64,000 nucleotides of DNA from Candidatus Peribacteria bacterium (GTDB lineage Bacteria > Patescibacteriota > Gracilibacteria > Peribacterales > Peribacteraceae): NCBI GenBank assembly GCA_023245865.1, contig JAHFJN010000001.1, positions 486,722-550,721 of the forward strand, read 5' to 3'. Under the pieces are notes generated by a model. That model saw only the letters and a list, made by a program, of their open reading frames with translations. It searched no databases and was not told the origin of the DNA. The position numbers and the translations under genes are program-made. This document shows, one piece after another, positions 1-8,487 of this stretch. How positions within the stretch are numbered: the stretch's first letter is position 1; every line of letters begins with the position of its first letter.

Positions 1-159
1 AAGGATACGCAATGGAAGTAAGATACTTTAGTCCGGACAGGAAATTCTGCATCGGGATCATCAGATCCGGCGGCAGAGCACCGTACATCATCGATGGGGT
101 GGATGGTGACGAGGTATTTTAAATGACATCATTCACGATGAGACTGTATTGTAGGAAAG

Positions 160-942
160 ATGATCGACAGTCACTGTCACTTGGCCGACGCAGCGTTCGA
201 TGCTGATCGCGAGGCGGTGGTTACGCGAGCGCACGAAGCAGGCATCGAAACAATGATCACCATTGCAGATAGCATTTCCGAAGCCGAGAAATGCGTGCAG
301 ATTGCAGAGAAATATGATCACATTTTTTGTTCAGTTGGAGTCCATCCCCACAATGCGAAAGATTGGCAGAAGGGCGATGCTGCGAAGCTCACCGCGATGA
401 CGAAGCGATCCAAAAAAGTCCGTGCCATCGGCGAGATCGGCCTCGATTACCACTACAATCATTCAGCGCAAGATGTACAGCGGGGGGTCTTTTTGGAACA
501 ACTCACCCTCTCCCGTGAGCTGGGGCTCCCCGCGGTCGTTCATTGCAGAGAATCGATCGATGATATCCGCACGATCGTCCAAGAAGTCGAACCCCTCCAG
601 ATGGTCCTGCACTGCTGCACGGAAAAGTGGGAGGACATCGAATGGCTCCTCGAGCTTGGACATCTGCTCAGTTTCACAGGAATCGCGACCTACCCCAACG
701 CCGAAGTCATCCGAAACGTAATCAAGCACTGTCCCCTCTCGAAGATGATGATCGAAACAGATGCCCCGTATTTAGCGCCCATTCCACATCGAGGAAAACG
801 CAATGAACCAGCCTTCATCGTCGAAGTCGCCAGACTGATCGCGAAGATCAAGAACACCTCGCTCGAGGAAGTCGAAGCACAGACGACGAAGAATGCAGTG
901 GTGTTTTTTGGATTGTCGAATGGTGCCCTCGACAGGAATTGA
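160..942 (+). CDS. tatD: TatD family deoxyribonuclease
   Basis: DSHCHL, GVHPH, IGEIGLDY, HCRE, ETDAPYL motifs. Confidence 0.96.
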   Translation: MIDSHCHLADAAFDADREAVVTRAHEAGIETMITIADSISEAEKCVQIAEKYDHIFCSVGVHPHNAKDWQKGDAAKLTAMTKRSKKVRAIGEIGLDYHYNHSAQDVQRGVFLEQLTLSRELGLPAVVHCRESIDDIRTIVQEVEPLQMVLHCCTEKWEDIEWLLELGHLLSFTGIATYPNAEVIRNVIKHCPLSKMMIETDAPYLAPIPHRGKRNEPAFIVEVARLIAKIKNTSLEEVEAQTTKNAVVFFGLSNGALDRN

Positions 943-995
943 ACCTGTATTCCCGGCTTCGGAGGCCAGTGGTCTATCCGTTAACCTACGAGGGC
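921..995 (-). tRNA. tRNA-Arg(CCG)
   Basis: Reverse complement GCCCTCG...CTCCGAA...GTTCAATTC...CGAGGGCACCA forms a cloverleaf with encoded CCA. Confidence 0.93.
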
Positions 996-1048
996 GCGTC
1001 TGCATCTTACGAATACCTGCCACAAATTACCATCGTTTTCCCCTACTC

Positions 1049-1834
1049 CTACCCAAGTTCATCTTCTTCTCCTGCAAAAGAATGAGGTGTATCGATAGGA
1101 AGAATATTCTCCACCTGCGCATCGTGCAGAACGGCAAGAACGTCTTCGTCTGCGTAGGATTTTGTTTTAAGAAGAATGCCAGCCCGGGAGCCGGGTACCG
1201 TGGAAAGCGTGTACGTTTCGCCACCATCTGTCTGAAGATACCACTCTCCATCTTCCCCCCGGCGTAACCTGCCCCTGACCTGATCTCCAACTTCATCCAA
1301 GTTGAGTGTGAAAAAATCTTTGTTGGGATTGACGGAACATTGTTCAATGTTTCCCCTCTGTTTTTCGACACTCGAGATATAATCGATAGTAACTTGCTCC
1401 AAATCCGCATATCGGACAACGATGCGCTCGAGGCCATACTGTCGCATAAGCGAGTGAGAAAGCGGTATATCAAAGGCGTTCAGGATAGAGAGAATCTTTG
1501 CTCCAAAAACATGCTCCTGCATCAGGCGCAACTTATACAGATTCTCTATGCGCTTTAATTTGTGATGCATGGATTGATGAAGACATTCCGCAAGGGAGCT
1601 TTGAAAAGCTCTGCTTGCTTCACTGACCCTCGTACGCAGGTCACGCGACCATTTCAAGTCCGGGGTGGTAGGAATGAACGCTCCTTCGGAAGCCCAGTAT
1701 TCGAAACTGTTGTCTGCCACAAGCACAGTATGCCACCTGCAAGCCGAATTATGGCTATGGACATTGTCCGAACAATAATGCAAAGATATATGTGCAGGCG
1801 TACTGCACCAAACGTAAACGTGCGTTCCTTCCAA
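1049..1834 (-). CDS. hypothetical protein (start uncertain)
   Basis: Longest ORF filling the gap between tRNA-Arg and the STAS gene; no recognised motif. Confidence 0.55.
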   Translation of the reverse strand: MEGTHVYVWCSTPAHISLHYCSDNVHSHNSACRWHTVLVADNSFEYWASEGAFIPTTPDLKWSRDLRTRVSEASRAFQSSLAECLHQSMHHKLKRIENLYKLRLMQEHVFGAKILSILNAFDIPLSHSLMRQYGLERIVVRYADLEQVTIDYISSVEKQRGNIEQCSVNPNKDFFTLNLDEVGDQVRGRLRRGEDGEWYLQTDGGETYTLSTVPGSRAGILLKTKSYADEDVLAVLHDAQVENILPIDTPHSFAGEEDELG

Positions 1835-1853
1835 TCACCACAGGGGGCAAATC

Positions 1854-2207
1854 ATGCAACAGTCTGAGCTGAAGAGAATTCGTGTCGAACAAACTGGTAA
1901 TATCACGATCGTCACTTTTCTTGACGCGGCACTGCTCGATGAAAAACTCATTGATGGACTCGGAGAAGAACTCCAAAGCCTTGTCCACGATCGATGCAAA
2001 ATTATCTTGGACTTCAATGATGTGACGTATCTATCGTCTGCCACTCTCGGCAAATTGATCTCCTTGCACAAGAAGACAAGGAAAGTAAGCGGACATTTGC
2101 GTCTCTGCAATCTGGCATCGGACATCGTCGAGGTCTTCAGCCTAACCAGTCTCGACAAATTCTTCTCGCTCTCACCCAATAGATTCACTGCAATAGTGGG
2201 ACTCTGA
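1854..2207 (+). CDS. STAS-domain anti-sigma factor antagonist
   Basis: ILDFNDVTYLSSATLGKLI and LRLCNL...EVFSLTSLDKFF match the SpoIIAA/RsbV pattern. Confidence 0.9.
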   Translation: MQQSELKRIRVEQTGNITIVTFLDAALLDEKLIDGLGEELQSLVHDRCKIILDFNDVTYLSSATLGKLISLHKKTRKVSGHLRLCNLASDIVEVFSLTSLDKFFSLSPNRFTAIVGL

Positions 2208-2297
2208 AGATCGGAAAATACGGAAAACCTCGTTTACGATCACCGCTCTGCACCCACGTGGTACAGGGCGGTAATATGAGAATGCTACACTTTCCCC

Positions 2298-2570
2298 ATG
2301 CCCCACTACGTCTACCTTGCACGCTGCAGTGATGGCTCACTCTACGCAGGCACATGCATCGACCCCGCAGCACGCGAGGCGAAGCATAATACGGGCAAGG
2401 GCGCCAAGTACACACGCGGGCGGGGGCCGGTACGAATCATCTACATCAGAAAATGTCGCAGTTTACGTGATGCACGAAAGAAGGAAATGAAAATAAAAAA
2501 AATGCAGAAGCAAGAAAAGGAATTACTGATTTTGAAATTTCATGGAGGGGGCCATCGCCACGGGGGGTGA
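2298..2570 (+). CDS. GIY-YIG nuclease (UPF0213-like)
   Basis: YVYLARCSDGSLYAG...HNTGKGAKYTRGRGPV. Confidence 0.92.
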   Translation: MPHYVYLARCSDGSLYAGTCIDPAAREAKHNTGKGAKYTRGRGPVRIIYIRKCRSLRDARKKEMKIKKMQKQEKELLILKFHGGGHRHGG

Positions 2571-2720
2571 AGGGGAAGCCCTGTCCTGCTAACAAGCAAT
2601 GACGAAACGAACTGCGAAGCCCTGGAGCAGTTCGTGAGGAATCACAGGGCGGGTGGAGGAGGATTGGCGATGGTGGCTTTCTTTGGTCCTTTCTTGTGCG
2701 GTAGACAAGAAAGGACAAGA
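2543..2720. repeat. structured ~170-bp dispersed element, copy 1
   Basis: Homologous to 4084-4249; nested inverted repeats; overlaps the GIY-YIG stop codon. Confidence 0.85.
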
Positions 2721-2741
2721 AAATCTCTGTACACTACCTCC

Positions 2742-3953
2742 ATGAAAGTCGCTCTCGTTCATGAACTCCTCACAATGCGCGGAGGGGCGGAGAAGATGCT
2801 GAAGATCCTCAGTGAGATGTTCCCGGAGGCCCCGATCTACACGCTCCTCTACGATGAAGCGAAACTGGGCGATTGGTTTGCGCGTGAACGCGTTCGCCCA
2901 AGCGTTCTCCAGCCATCTCGCAGCTCGCAGCTCATAACTCGCAGCTTCGCATTCAATCATCATTTTTATCTGCGCAAATTCCCCCGCGCTGTGGAGGCAT
3001 GGCCCTTCGATGGTTCGTGGTTCGACTACGCTCACCATGACAAGCTCACCATGACACGCGAATCATTTGATCTGGTGATCAGCAGCAGCTCCGCATTCAC
3101 GCACGGGATTATTACCAATGGTCACCCCAAACACCTCTGCTACGTCCATTCCCCCGCCCGCTACCTCTGGGATCGGACGCACGACGTATTGAAACGAAGC
3201 AGCAAAGGATTGCTCGGTCCACTCAGGCGCGCGTACCTGGAGCGCACTTTCCACAAACTTCGGGTCTGGGACACCGAAGCCGCAGACCGCCCCGATATGC
3301 TCCTGGCAGCCTCCAAAGAAGTACAACGTAGGATCGAACTCTACTGGAGACGCGAGAGTGAGGTCGTGTATCCGCCGATTGAGGACTGCTGGAGCGAGCA
3401 GCGACCAGCGACAAGCGAAGAGCATTCTACCCGCTACCCGCTACCCGCTACCCGCTACTTCTTAGTTGTCTCCACCCTTGTCCCCTACAAACGCATCGAC
3501 CTCGCGATCGAGGCCTGCAATCAAATCCATGTACCTCTCCTCATCATCGGCGAGGGGCCGGATAGAAGGAGATTGGAAAAATTAGCCGGACCGACTGTCA
3601 CATTCCTCGGGTATCAATCAGAGGAAGAAGTGCGCTGTGCGTATGCAGGAGCAACCGCAACGCTGTTCCCAGGTGATGAAGACTTCGGATTGGTCCCGCT
3701 CGAGTCGATGGCATGCGGAACACCGGTGATTGCATTCAAGAGCGGAGGCGCGCTTGAGACCGTGATCGAAGGTCAGACCGGTACGTTTTTTGAGCACCAA
3801 ACCCCCGAAAATCTCGCAGAGAAAATACGGCAGTTTGATCACAAGAACTACTCAAGCGAAAAATGCAGAGAGCAGGCAAATAAATTCAGCAGATTGCAGT
3901 TCGAACAAAAAATATATTCAGCAGTTGAAAGGGTGATGAATCTGCCATCGTGA
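2742..3953 (+). CDS. GT4 family glycosyltransferase
   Basis: MKVALVHE..GGAE, YVHSPARYLW, EDFGLVPLESMACGTPVIA motifs. Confidence 0.95.
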   Translation: MKVALVHELLTMRGGAEKMLKILSEMFPEAPIYTLLYDEAKLGDWFARERVRPSVLQPSRSSQLITRSFAFNHHFYLRKFPRAVEAWPFDGSWFDYAHHDKLTMTRESFDLVISSSSAFTHGIITNGHPKHLCYVHSPARYLWDRTHDVLKRSSKGLLGPLRRAYLERTFHKLRVWDTEAADRPDMLLAASKEVQRRIELYWRRESEVVYPPIEDCWSEQRPATSEEHSTRYPLPATRYFLVVSTLVPYKRIDLAIEACNQIHVPLLIIGEGPDRRRLEKLAGPTVTFLGYQSEEEVRCAYAGATATLFPGDEDFGLVPLESMACGTPVIAFKSGGALETVIEGQTGTFFEHQTPENLAEKIRQFDHKNYSSEKCREQANKFSRLQFEQKIYSAVERVMNLPS

Positions 3954-4083
3954 GTACAAAATTTGTGCTAGACAGTTTTCCACATTCGAGGTCCCGGTGT
4001 CTTGCGTCGCGCGCGGACAGAGGTATTCTGATTGTGGAGAGGAGACGCTAGGAAATGTAAACCAATATTGTCATTCATTATTT

Positions 4084-4249
4084 TGGAGGCCCGCCGCCAC
4101 GGGGGGTGATGGGGAAGCCCTGTGCGAAGCTTCATGACGAAACAGACGCCGAAGCCTTGGAGGCGTCTGTGAGGAATGACAGGGCGAGCAGAGGAGGATT
4201 GGCGGCGGAGAATTTTTGGTTCTTTTGTTTCGTCTGACAAAAGAACAAA
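4084..4249. repeat. structured ~170-bp dispersed element, copy 2
   Basis: Homologous to 2543-2720 with compensatory substitutions in the stems. Confidence 0.85.
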
Positions 4250-5290
4250 CTAGAACATCCCCTGCTGCCCCTGCGGCAGCTCCTTCCCCAATTTCTCATA
4301 GGTCTTCTTCGTCGCCATCCTCCCCTTCGGAGTTCGCTGCAAATAGCCTTGCTGCATCAGGAACGGCTCGTAGACATTCTCAATGGTTTCTTCTTCTTCG
4401 GCAAGGATCGCAGCGAGAGTCGAGAGTCCCACCGGCCCACCGGAAAATCCATCAATAAGAGTAGAGAGCAATTTGCGATCGGTTGCATCGAGCCCTTCAC
4501 GATCGATATCGAGCGACGCGAGCGTCTGCTCCACACACGGAAGATCAATGGAAGAAATACTGCTCACATGTGCGAAATCACGGATCGAACGCATCAAGCG
4601 GTTTGCGATACGCGGAGTTGCGCGGCTGCTGGTGGCTATCCGATCGGCGGCCTCGGGCAGGAGCGTGACCCCGAGGATACGCGCGGAGCGACGGACAATC
4701 GACTGCATCTCGGGGATTTCATAAAACATCAGTTTGAATTGATGCATGAATCTATCGCGTAAGGGGGCGCTCACGCTCCCCGCCTTCGTCGTCGCACCCA
4801 CGAGCGTAAAGGGTTTCAGGTTGAGCCGCACCGAGCGTGCGGTCGGGCCTTTCCCAATCATGATATCGAGCACGAAATCTTCCATCGCGCCGTAGAGCAC
4901 CTCTTCGACGACGGGTCGCAGTCTGTGGATCTCATCGATAAAGAGGACATCACCAACCCCGAGATTGGTGAGCAGCGCCGCCAGATCGCCCGGCTTCTCG
5001 ATGGCGGGGCCTGATGTGACTCGCACTTGAGCCCGCATCTCTTCCGCAATGATATGGGCGAGGGTGGTTTTGCCAAGGCCGGGCGGTCCATGGAGGAGCG
5101 TGTGGCCAAGAGGCTCGGTGCGAGATCGCGCCGCCTGCATGTGGATGACGAGGTGTTCTTTTATTTTTCCCTGACCGATGTATTCTCTGAGCAACCTCGG
5201 TCTGAGAGTCTCCTCGAGTTCGTCCTGCCGCCCCTTTTCCTTCACAGGCTGAAGGACAGGACTCGCCCGTGAGGTTCGCGACAGAGACAC
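4250..5290 (-). CDS. ruvB: Holliday junction branch migration helicase RuvB (GTG start inferred)
   Basis: LRP..L.EYIGQ, GPPGLGKTTLA, LFIDEIHRL, PLRDRF, YEPFLMQQG. Confidence 0.96.
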   Translation of the reverse strand: MSLSRTSRASPVLQPVKEKGRQDELEETLRPRLLREYIGQGKIKEHLVIHMQAARSRTEPLGHTLLHGPPGLGKTTLAHIIAEEMRAQVRVTSGPAIEKPGDLAALLTNLGVGDVLFIDEIHRLRPVVEEVLYGAMEDFVLDIMIGKGPTARSVRLNLKPFTLVGATTKAGSVSAPLRDRFMHQFKLMFYEIPEMQSIVRRSARILGVTLLPEAADRIATSSRATPRIANRLMRSIRDFAHVSSISSIDLPCVEQTLASLDIDREGLDATDRKLLSTLIDGFSGGPVGLSTLAAILAEEEETIENVYEPFLMQQGYLQRTPKGRMATKKTYEKLGKELPQGQQGMF

Positions 5291-5374
5291 GAGTTTTAGT
5301 CTAGCAGAAGCCTTAGAATCCAAGAAATGAGATATTGACTTTTTATACAAAATAGTATTAAATACTTCTACCAT

Positions 5375-5977
5375 ATGTCGACCCGTTTGAAAATCATCGT
5401 CACGCTCGTCCTGCTCCTGCTGCTTGGTGGGCTTGGCGCTGCGGATTACTTCCTCTCGGGTGACGAGTACGCAGCGAAGCTCATAGAAAATCCTGACGCA
5501 TCGAGCGCATCCTCTTCTGAGAGCTATATACCGACCGTGGGCACGCAGAAGCAAAGCGGACCGGATGTCCTGAATGTGATCACTGCAGCCGGATACACGA
5601 CGCAGAAAAGTGAGGAGCTCAGCTTCCTTGCGCAGATCGCCGGCAGCGGTGCCAGTGTTTCTTCGGCAATCATTCTCAAAAATGACGATCGGGCGGGGTC
5701 CGTCACGTGGACCGATTCGCGTAACGTCAAGAATCAATTTATTGCCCTGAAGGAAGCGCTGCTCGGAGCATTTTCATCCAGAGTGTCGGACTTGCGCGAT
5801 GAGACGAAAGTGGAAACCGACTCCCCGGTCCGCAATATCCTCAGCTTCTCTGACCCTGCTTTAAGCGAAGAACGCCTCGTCTTTGTGCGGGTCCGCGAGC
5901 GCCTGTACGAATTCCACCTCGCGAAGGGGAAGGAGGACATGATGATAGGATTGATTGAGGAAATCACCACCAAGTAG
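5375..5977 (+). CDS. hypothetical membrane-anchored or secreted protein
   Basis: N-terminal hydrophobic helix, 200 aa ORF. Confidence 0.75.
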   Translation: MSTRLKIIVTLVLLLLLGGLGAADYFLSGDEYAAKLIENPDASSASSSESYIPTVGTQKQSGPDVLNVITAAGYTTQKSEELSFLAQIAGSGASVSSAIILKNDDRAGSVTWTDSRNVKNQFIALKEALLGAFSSRVSDLRDETKVETDSPVRNILSFSDPALSEERLVFVRVRERLYEFHLAKGKEDMMIGLIEEITTK

Positions 5978-6017
5978 GCTTGCACCAAGCCTTTCGATTC
6001 CCTAAGCTGCCGCCACT

Positions 6018-6440
6018 ATGGCTAAGAAAGTAAAGAAAGTCATCAAAGTGCAGGCACGCGGCGGACAGGCGAACCCTGCCCCCCCACTCGGACCCGCCCT
6101 CGGGCAAGCCGGGGTCGATATCCAGAAATTCTGCACGGAGTTCAATGCCAAGACGAAGGATCGTCAAGGGCAGGTGGTGCCCGTCGTACTCACGGTCTAT
6201 GAAGATCGCAGTTTTTCGTTCATCACCAAGCAAGCCCCCGCATCTGCGTTGATCATGGAGAAAGCGAAGATCCAGAAAGGGAGTGGAGAACCGAACAAGA
6301 ACAAGGTGGGTACTATTACAAAAGCGCAGCTCAAAGAGATCGCACAGACGAAAATGCCCGATCTCAATACGACCGATCTCGAGTCTGCGATGCTGTCGCT
6401 CGCGGGCACGGCGCGGAGTATGGGAGTGACGGTGGAATGA
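6018..6440 (+). CDS. rplK: 50S ribosomal protein L11
   Basis: [30 protein letters not shown]. Confidence 0.98.
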   Translation: MAKKVKKVIKVQARGGQANPAPPLGPALGQAGVDIQKFCTEFNAKTKDRQGQVVPVVLTVYEDRSFSFITKQAPASALIMEKAKIQKGSGEPNKNKVGTITKAQLKEIAQTKMPDLNTTDLESAMLSLAGTARSMGVTVE

Positions 6441-6486
6441 TGCCTCGATACAAAAAACATGTCATGTTTTTCACTCGGCATGACAC
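6441..6486. repeat. palindromic REP-like element (CCTCGATAC-hairpin-CACTCGGCATGAC)
   Basis: Same arms as the element at 7153-7251. Confidence 0.8.
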
Positions 6487-6533
6487 ATGTTGTCAATTCG
6501 TTTTTCGTGCGCACGCAATCCATTGCTCATATC

Positions 6534-7139
6534 ATGCCTCCCATGATGCCGATGTCGCCGACCATGATGTTTCAATCCGTAGGATTGCTCGGAGGGTTAT
6601 TCCTCCCGTTGATCGTCCTACTGCTGTTCGCAATACTCGTCCTTCCGGGCGTTCTTCATGGCTCAGGGAAGCCTCGCGCCATCGGTAAGGCCGCGTACAA
6701 CTACCTCGCTGCTTCCCTCGGAATCGTACTCATGAGTGCCGGCGGTCTGCCTGCCGTCTACGCGGTCTTTGCGCGTCAGCCGTTGACGACCGGTTCCTAT
6801 ACGGGGCTGCTGCTTGTGTTTGCGGTCGGCGGTCTCACATTCCTCTGGCACGATGCGCGACTCGAGAAGAGTGATAGCGTCTCGAAGGCGATTCCCGCCT
6901 CCCTCTTCTTCTTTACGTGGAAGTTTATCGGGCTCTTGGTGTCGCTCTTTGCCGGACTCTCCTTTGTACTGCGGATCATCGCGCAGACAGACACCGGTGC
7001 CTCCGACTGGTGGGTGATCCATCTGATCATGCTGCTCTACGGACTGCTGCTTTCTTGGTTCACGATCAGCGAAGAGAAACAAGCCATAAAACCTGCCCCG
7101 CATGCAGTACCGATGAAGACGGCGAAGGCAAAAAGGTAA
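6534..7139 (+). CDS. hypothetical multi-pass membrane protein
   Basis: About five hydrophobic segments; lies between rplK and rplA; start uncertain. Confidence 0.75.
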   Translation: MPPMMPMSPTMMFQSVGLLGGLFLPLIVLLLFAILVLPGVLHGSGKPRAIGKAAYNYLAASLGIVLMSAGGLPAVYAVFARQPLTTGSYTGLLLVFAVGGLTFLWHDARLEKSDSVSKAIPASLFFFTWKFIGLLVSLFAGLSFVLRIIAQTDTGASDWWVIHLIMLLYGLLLSWFTISEEKQAIKPAPHAVPMKTAKAKR

Positions 7140-7152
7140 TATATAGGCTCGG

Positions 7153-7251
7153 TGCCTCGATACAACCAGCTCTTCCCGTGTCATACCGAGTGTTTTTTGC
7201 GCACAAAAAATGTATCGAGGTACGGGAAGTGCTGGTCACTCGGCATGACAC
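7153..7251. repeat. nested palindromic REP-like element
   Basis: tgcctcgataca...cactcggcatgacac enclosing an inverted copy tgtcataccgagtg...tgtatcgaggta. Confidence 0.85.
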
Positions 7252-7293
7252 ACTTTACAGAGCTCTTTTTCCATGGCACACTGCCGCCGCTTT

Positions 7294-7358
7294 GTGGGAG
7301 TCCGCCTGAGGCGGACGCCAGCACCCTTCGATGCCTTCGGCACTCAGGGTAAACCACA
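7294..7358 (+). promoter_or_regulatory. putative L1-binding translational operator of rplA
   Basis: GTGGGAG...AAACCACA bracket immediately upstream of rplA, resembling Firmicute rplK-rplA intergenic L1 sites. Confidence 0.6.
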
Positions 7359-7372
7359 TTCCCCCCTTGACC

Positions 7373-8050
7373 ATGGCTCACGGAAAAAAATATCGCAATG
7401 CGAGCAAACTCGTCGATGCGACAAAGAAATACCCCCTCGCGGAAGCAACGGAGCTTTTGACGAAGCTTAGTACCACAACCTTCGATGCAACTGCGGAGGC
7501 GCACATTCGCATCAACGCCGACACCACCCAAGCCGATCAGCTCGTGCGGACGACTGTGAACTTGCCGCATGGCACGGGAAAGACAGTGCGTGTCGCAGCC
7601 TTCGTGCCGGACGACATGATCGACGATGCGAAGAAGGCAGGTGCGGACATTGCGGGCAATGACGACCTCGTAAAAGCAATCGAGAGCGGCGACATAAAAT
7701 TCGATGTCGCGGTGGCGGTGCCGATGATGATGAAGAGCCTCGGAAAAATCGCGAAGACACTCGGGCAAAAGGGATTGATGCCAAACCCCAAAGCGGGAAC
7801 CGTGACGGAGAATATTGGGAAGACCATCGAAGCGCTCAAAAAAGGCCGTATCGAATGCAAGATGGATAAATTCGGCATCATCCATGTCCCGTTCGGAAAA
7901 ATCAGCTTCGGCAGCAAGAAGCTCCAGGAAAACATGGAGGCCCTCCTGCAAGCCCTCGAAGAAGCGCGTCCCGCAGGCATCAAGAACAGCTATATCCTCA
8001 CTATGAGCCTTGCCCCCACGATGGGGCCGGGGGTGAAGGTGGCGCTGTAG
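7373..8050 (+). CDS. rplA: 50S ribosomal protein L1
   Basis: LPHGTGK, LGQKGLMPNPKAGTV, TMGPGVKV. Confidence 0.98.
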   Translation: MAHGKKYRNASKLVDATKKYPLAEATELLTKLSTTTFDATAEAHIRINADTTQADQLVRTTVNLPHGTGKTVRVAAFVPDDMIDDAKKAGADIAGNDDLVKAIESGDIKFDVAVAVPMMMKSLGKIAKTLGQKGLMPNPKAGTVTENIGKTIEALKKGRIECKMDKFGIIHVPFGKISFGSKKLQENMEALLQALEEARPAGIKNSYILTMSLAPTMGPGVKVAL

Positions 8051-8087
8051 TAGTGGACAAATAAGAAATATATGATATATTGGTTGC

Positions 8088-8486
8088 ATGGATACGCTTC
8101 ACAATCGAGAAGGGGCACGGGAAATGTTCCTGGAACAGTACCATTGGGCATGGACAGTCAGCGGACATCCCTGCACCGCCGATATTATGGAAACATTCGT
8201 GGCTGCTTTGGGAAATGAATTTCCACCGAATCTATCAATGCATTCCCTGTGGATTTTTATGTTTGGACATCTGCAACGCAATGATGTTCCGTTGAATTGG
8301 TTTTCTGAGTACGACCCAAACAAGCGTCATGCCCTCGAAGGGTCCGGGCATCCAATGGATTTTGATGAAACATTAGAAGAGATAGGGAAGATGATCAATC
8401 AGGGGATGAGAGAAGCCATAGCATCAAAAAAATCTCCCGCAGAGGAAGGCGACGCAGCGCAAAAAACCGATGAGGAACCCACCTGA
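8088..8486 (+). CDS. hypothetical protein
   Basis: 132 aa ORF filling the gap and converging on dusB. Confidence 0.6.
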   Translation: MDTLHNREGAREMFLEQYHWAWTVSGHPCTADIMETFVAALGNEFPPNLSMHSLWIFMFGHLQRNDVPLNWFSEYDPNKRHALEGSGHPMDFDETLEEIGKMINQGMREAIASKKSPAEEGDAAQKTDEEPT

Positions 8487-8487
8487 C

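Noticed and set aside
2543..2720. Hammerhead ribozyme in the structured repeat (GACGAAAC motif)
   Set aside because: No CUGANGA core in the required position on either strand in either copy.
4250..5737. 495-aa extended RuvB from the ORF track
   Set aside because: The extension is the antisense of the 5375-5977 gene; RuvB homology starts near 5290.
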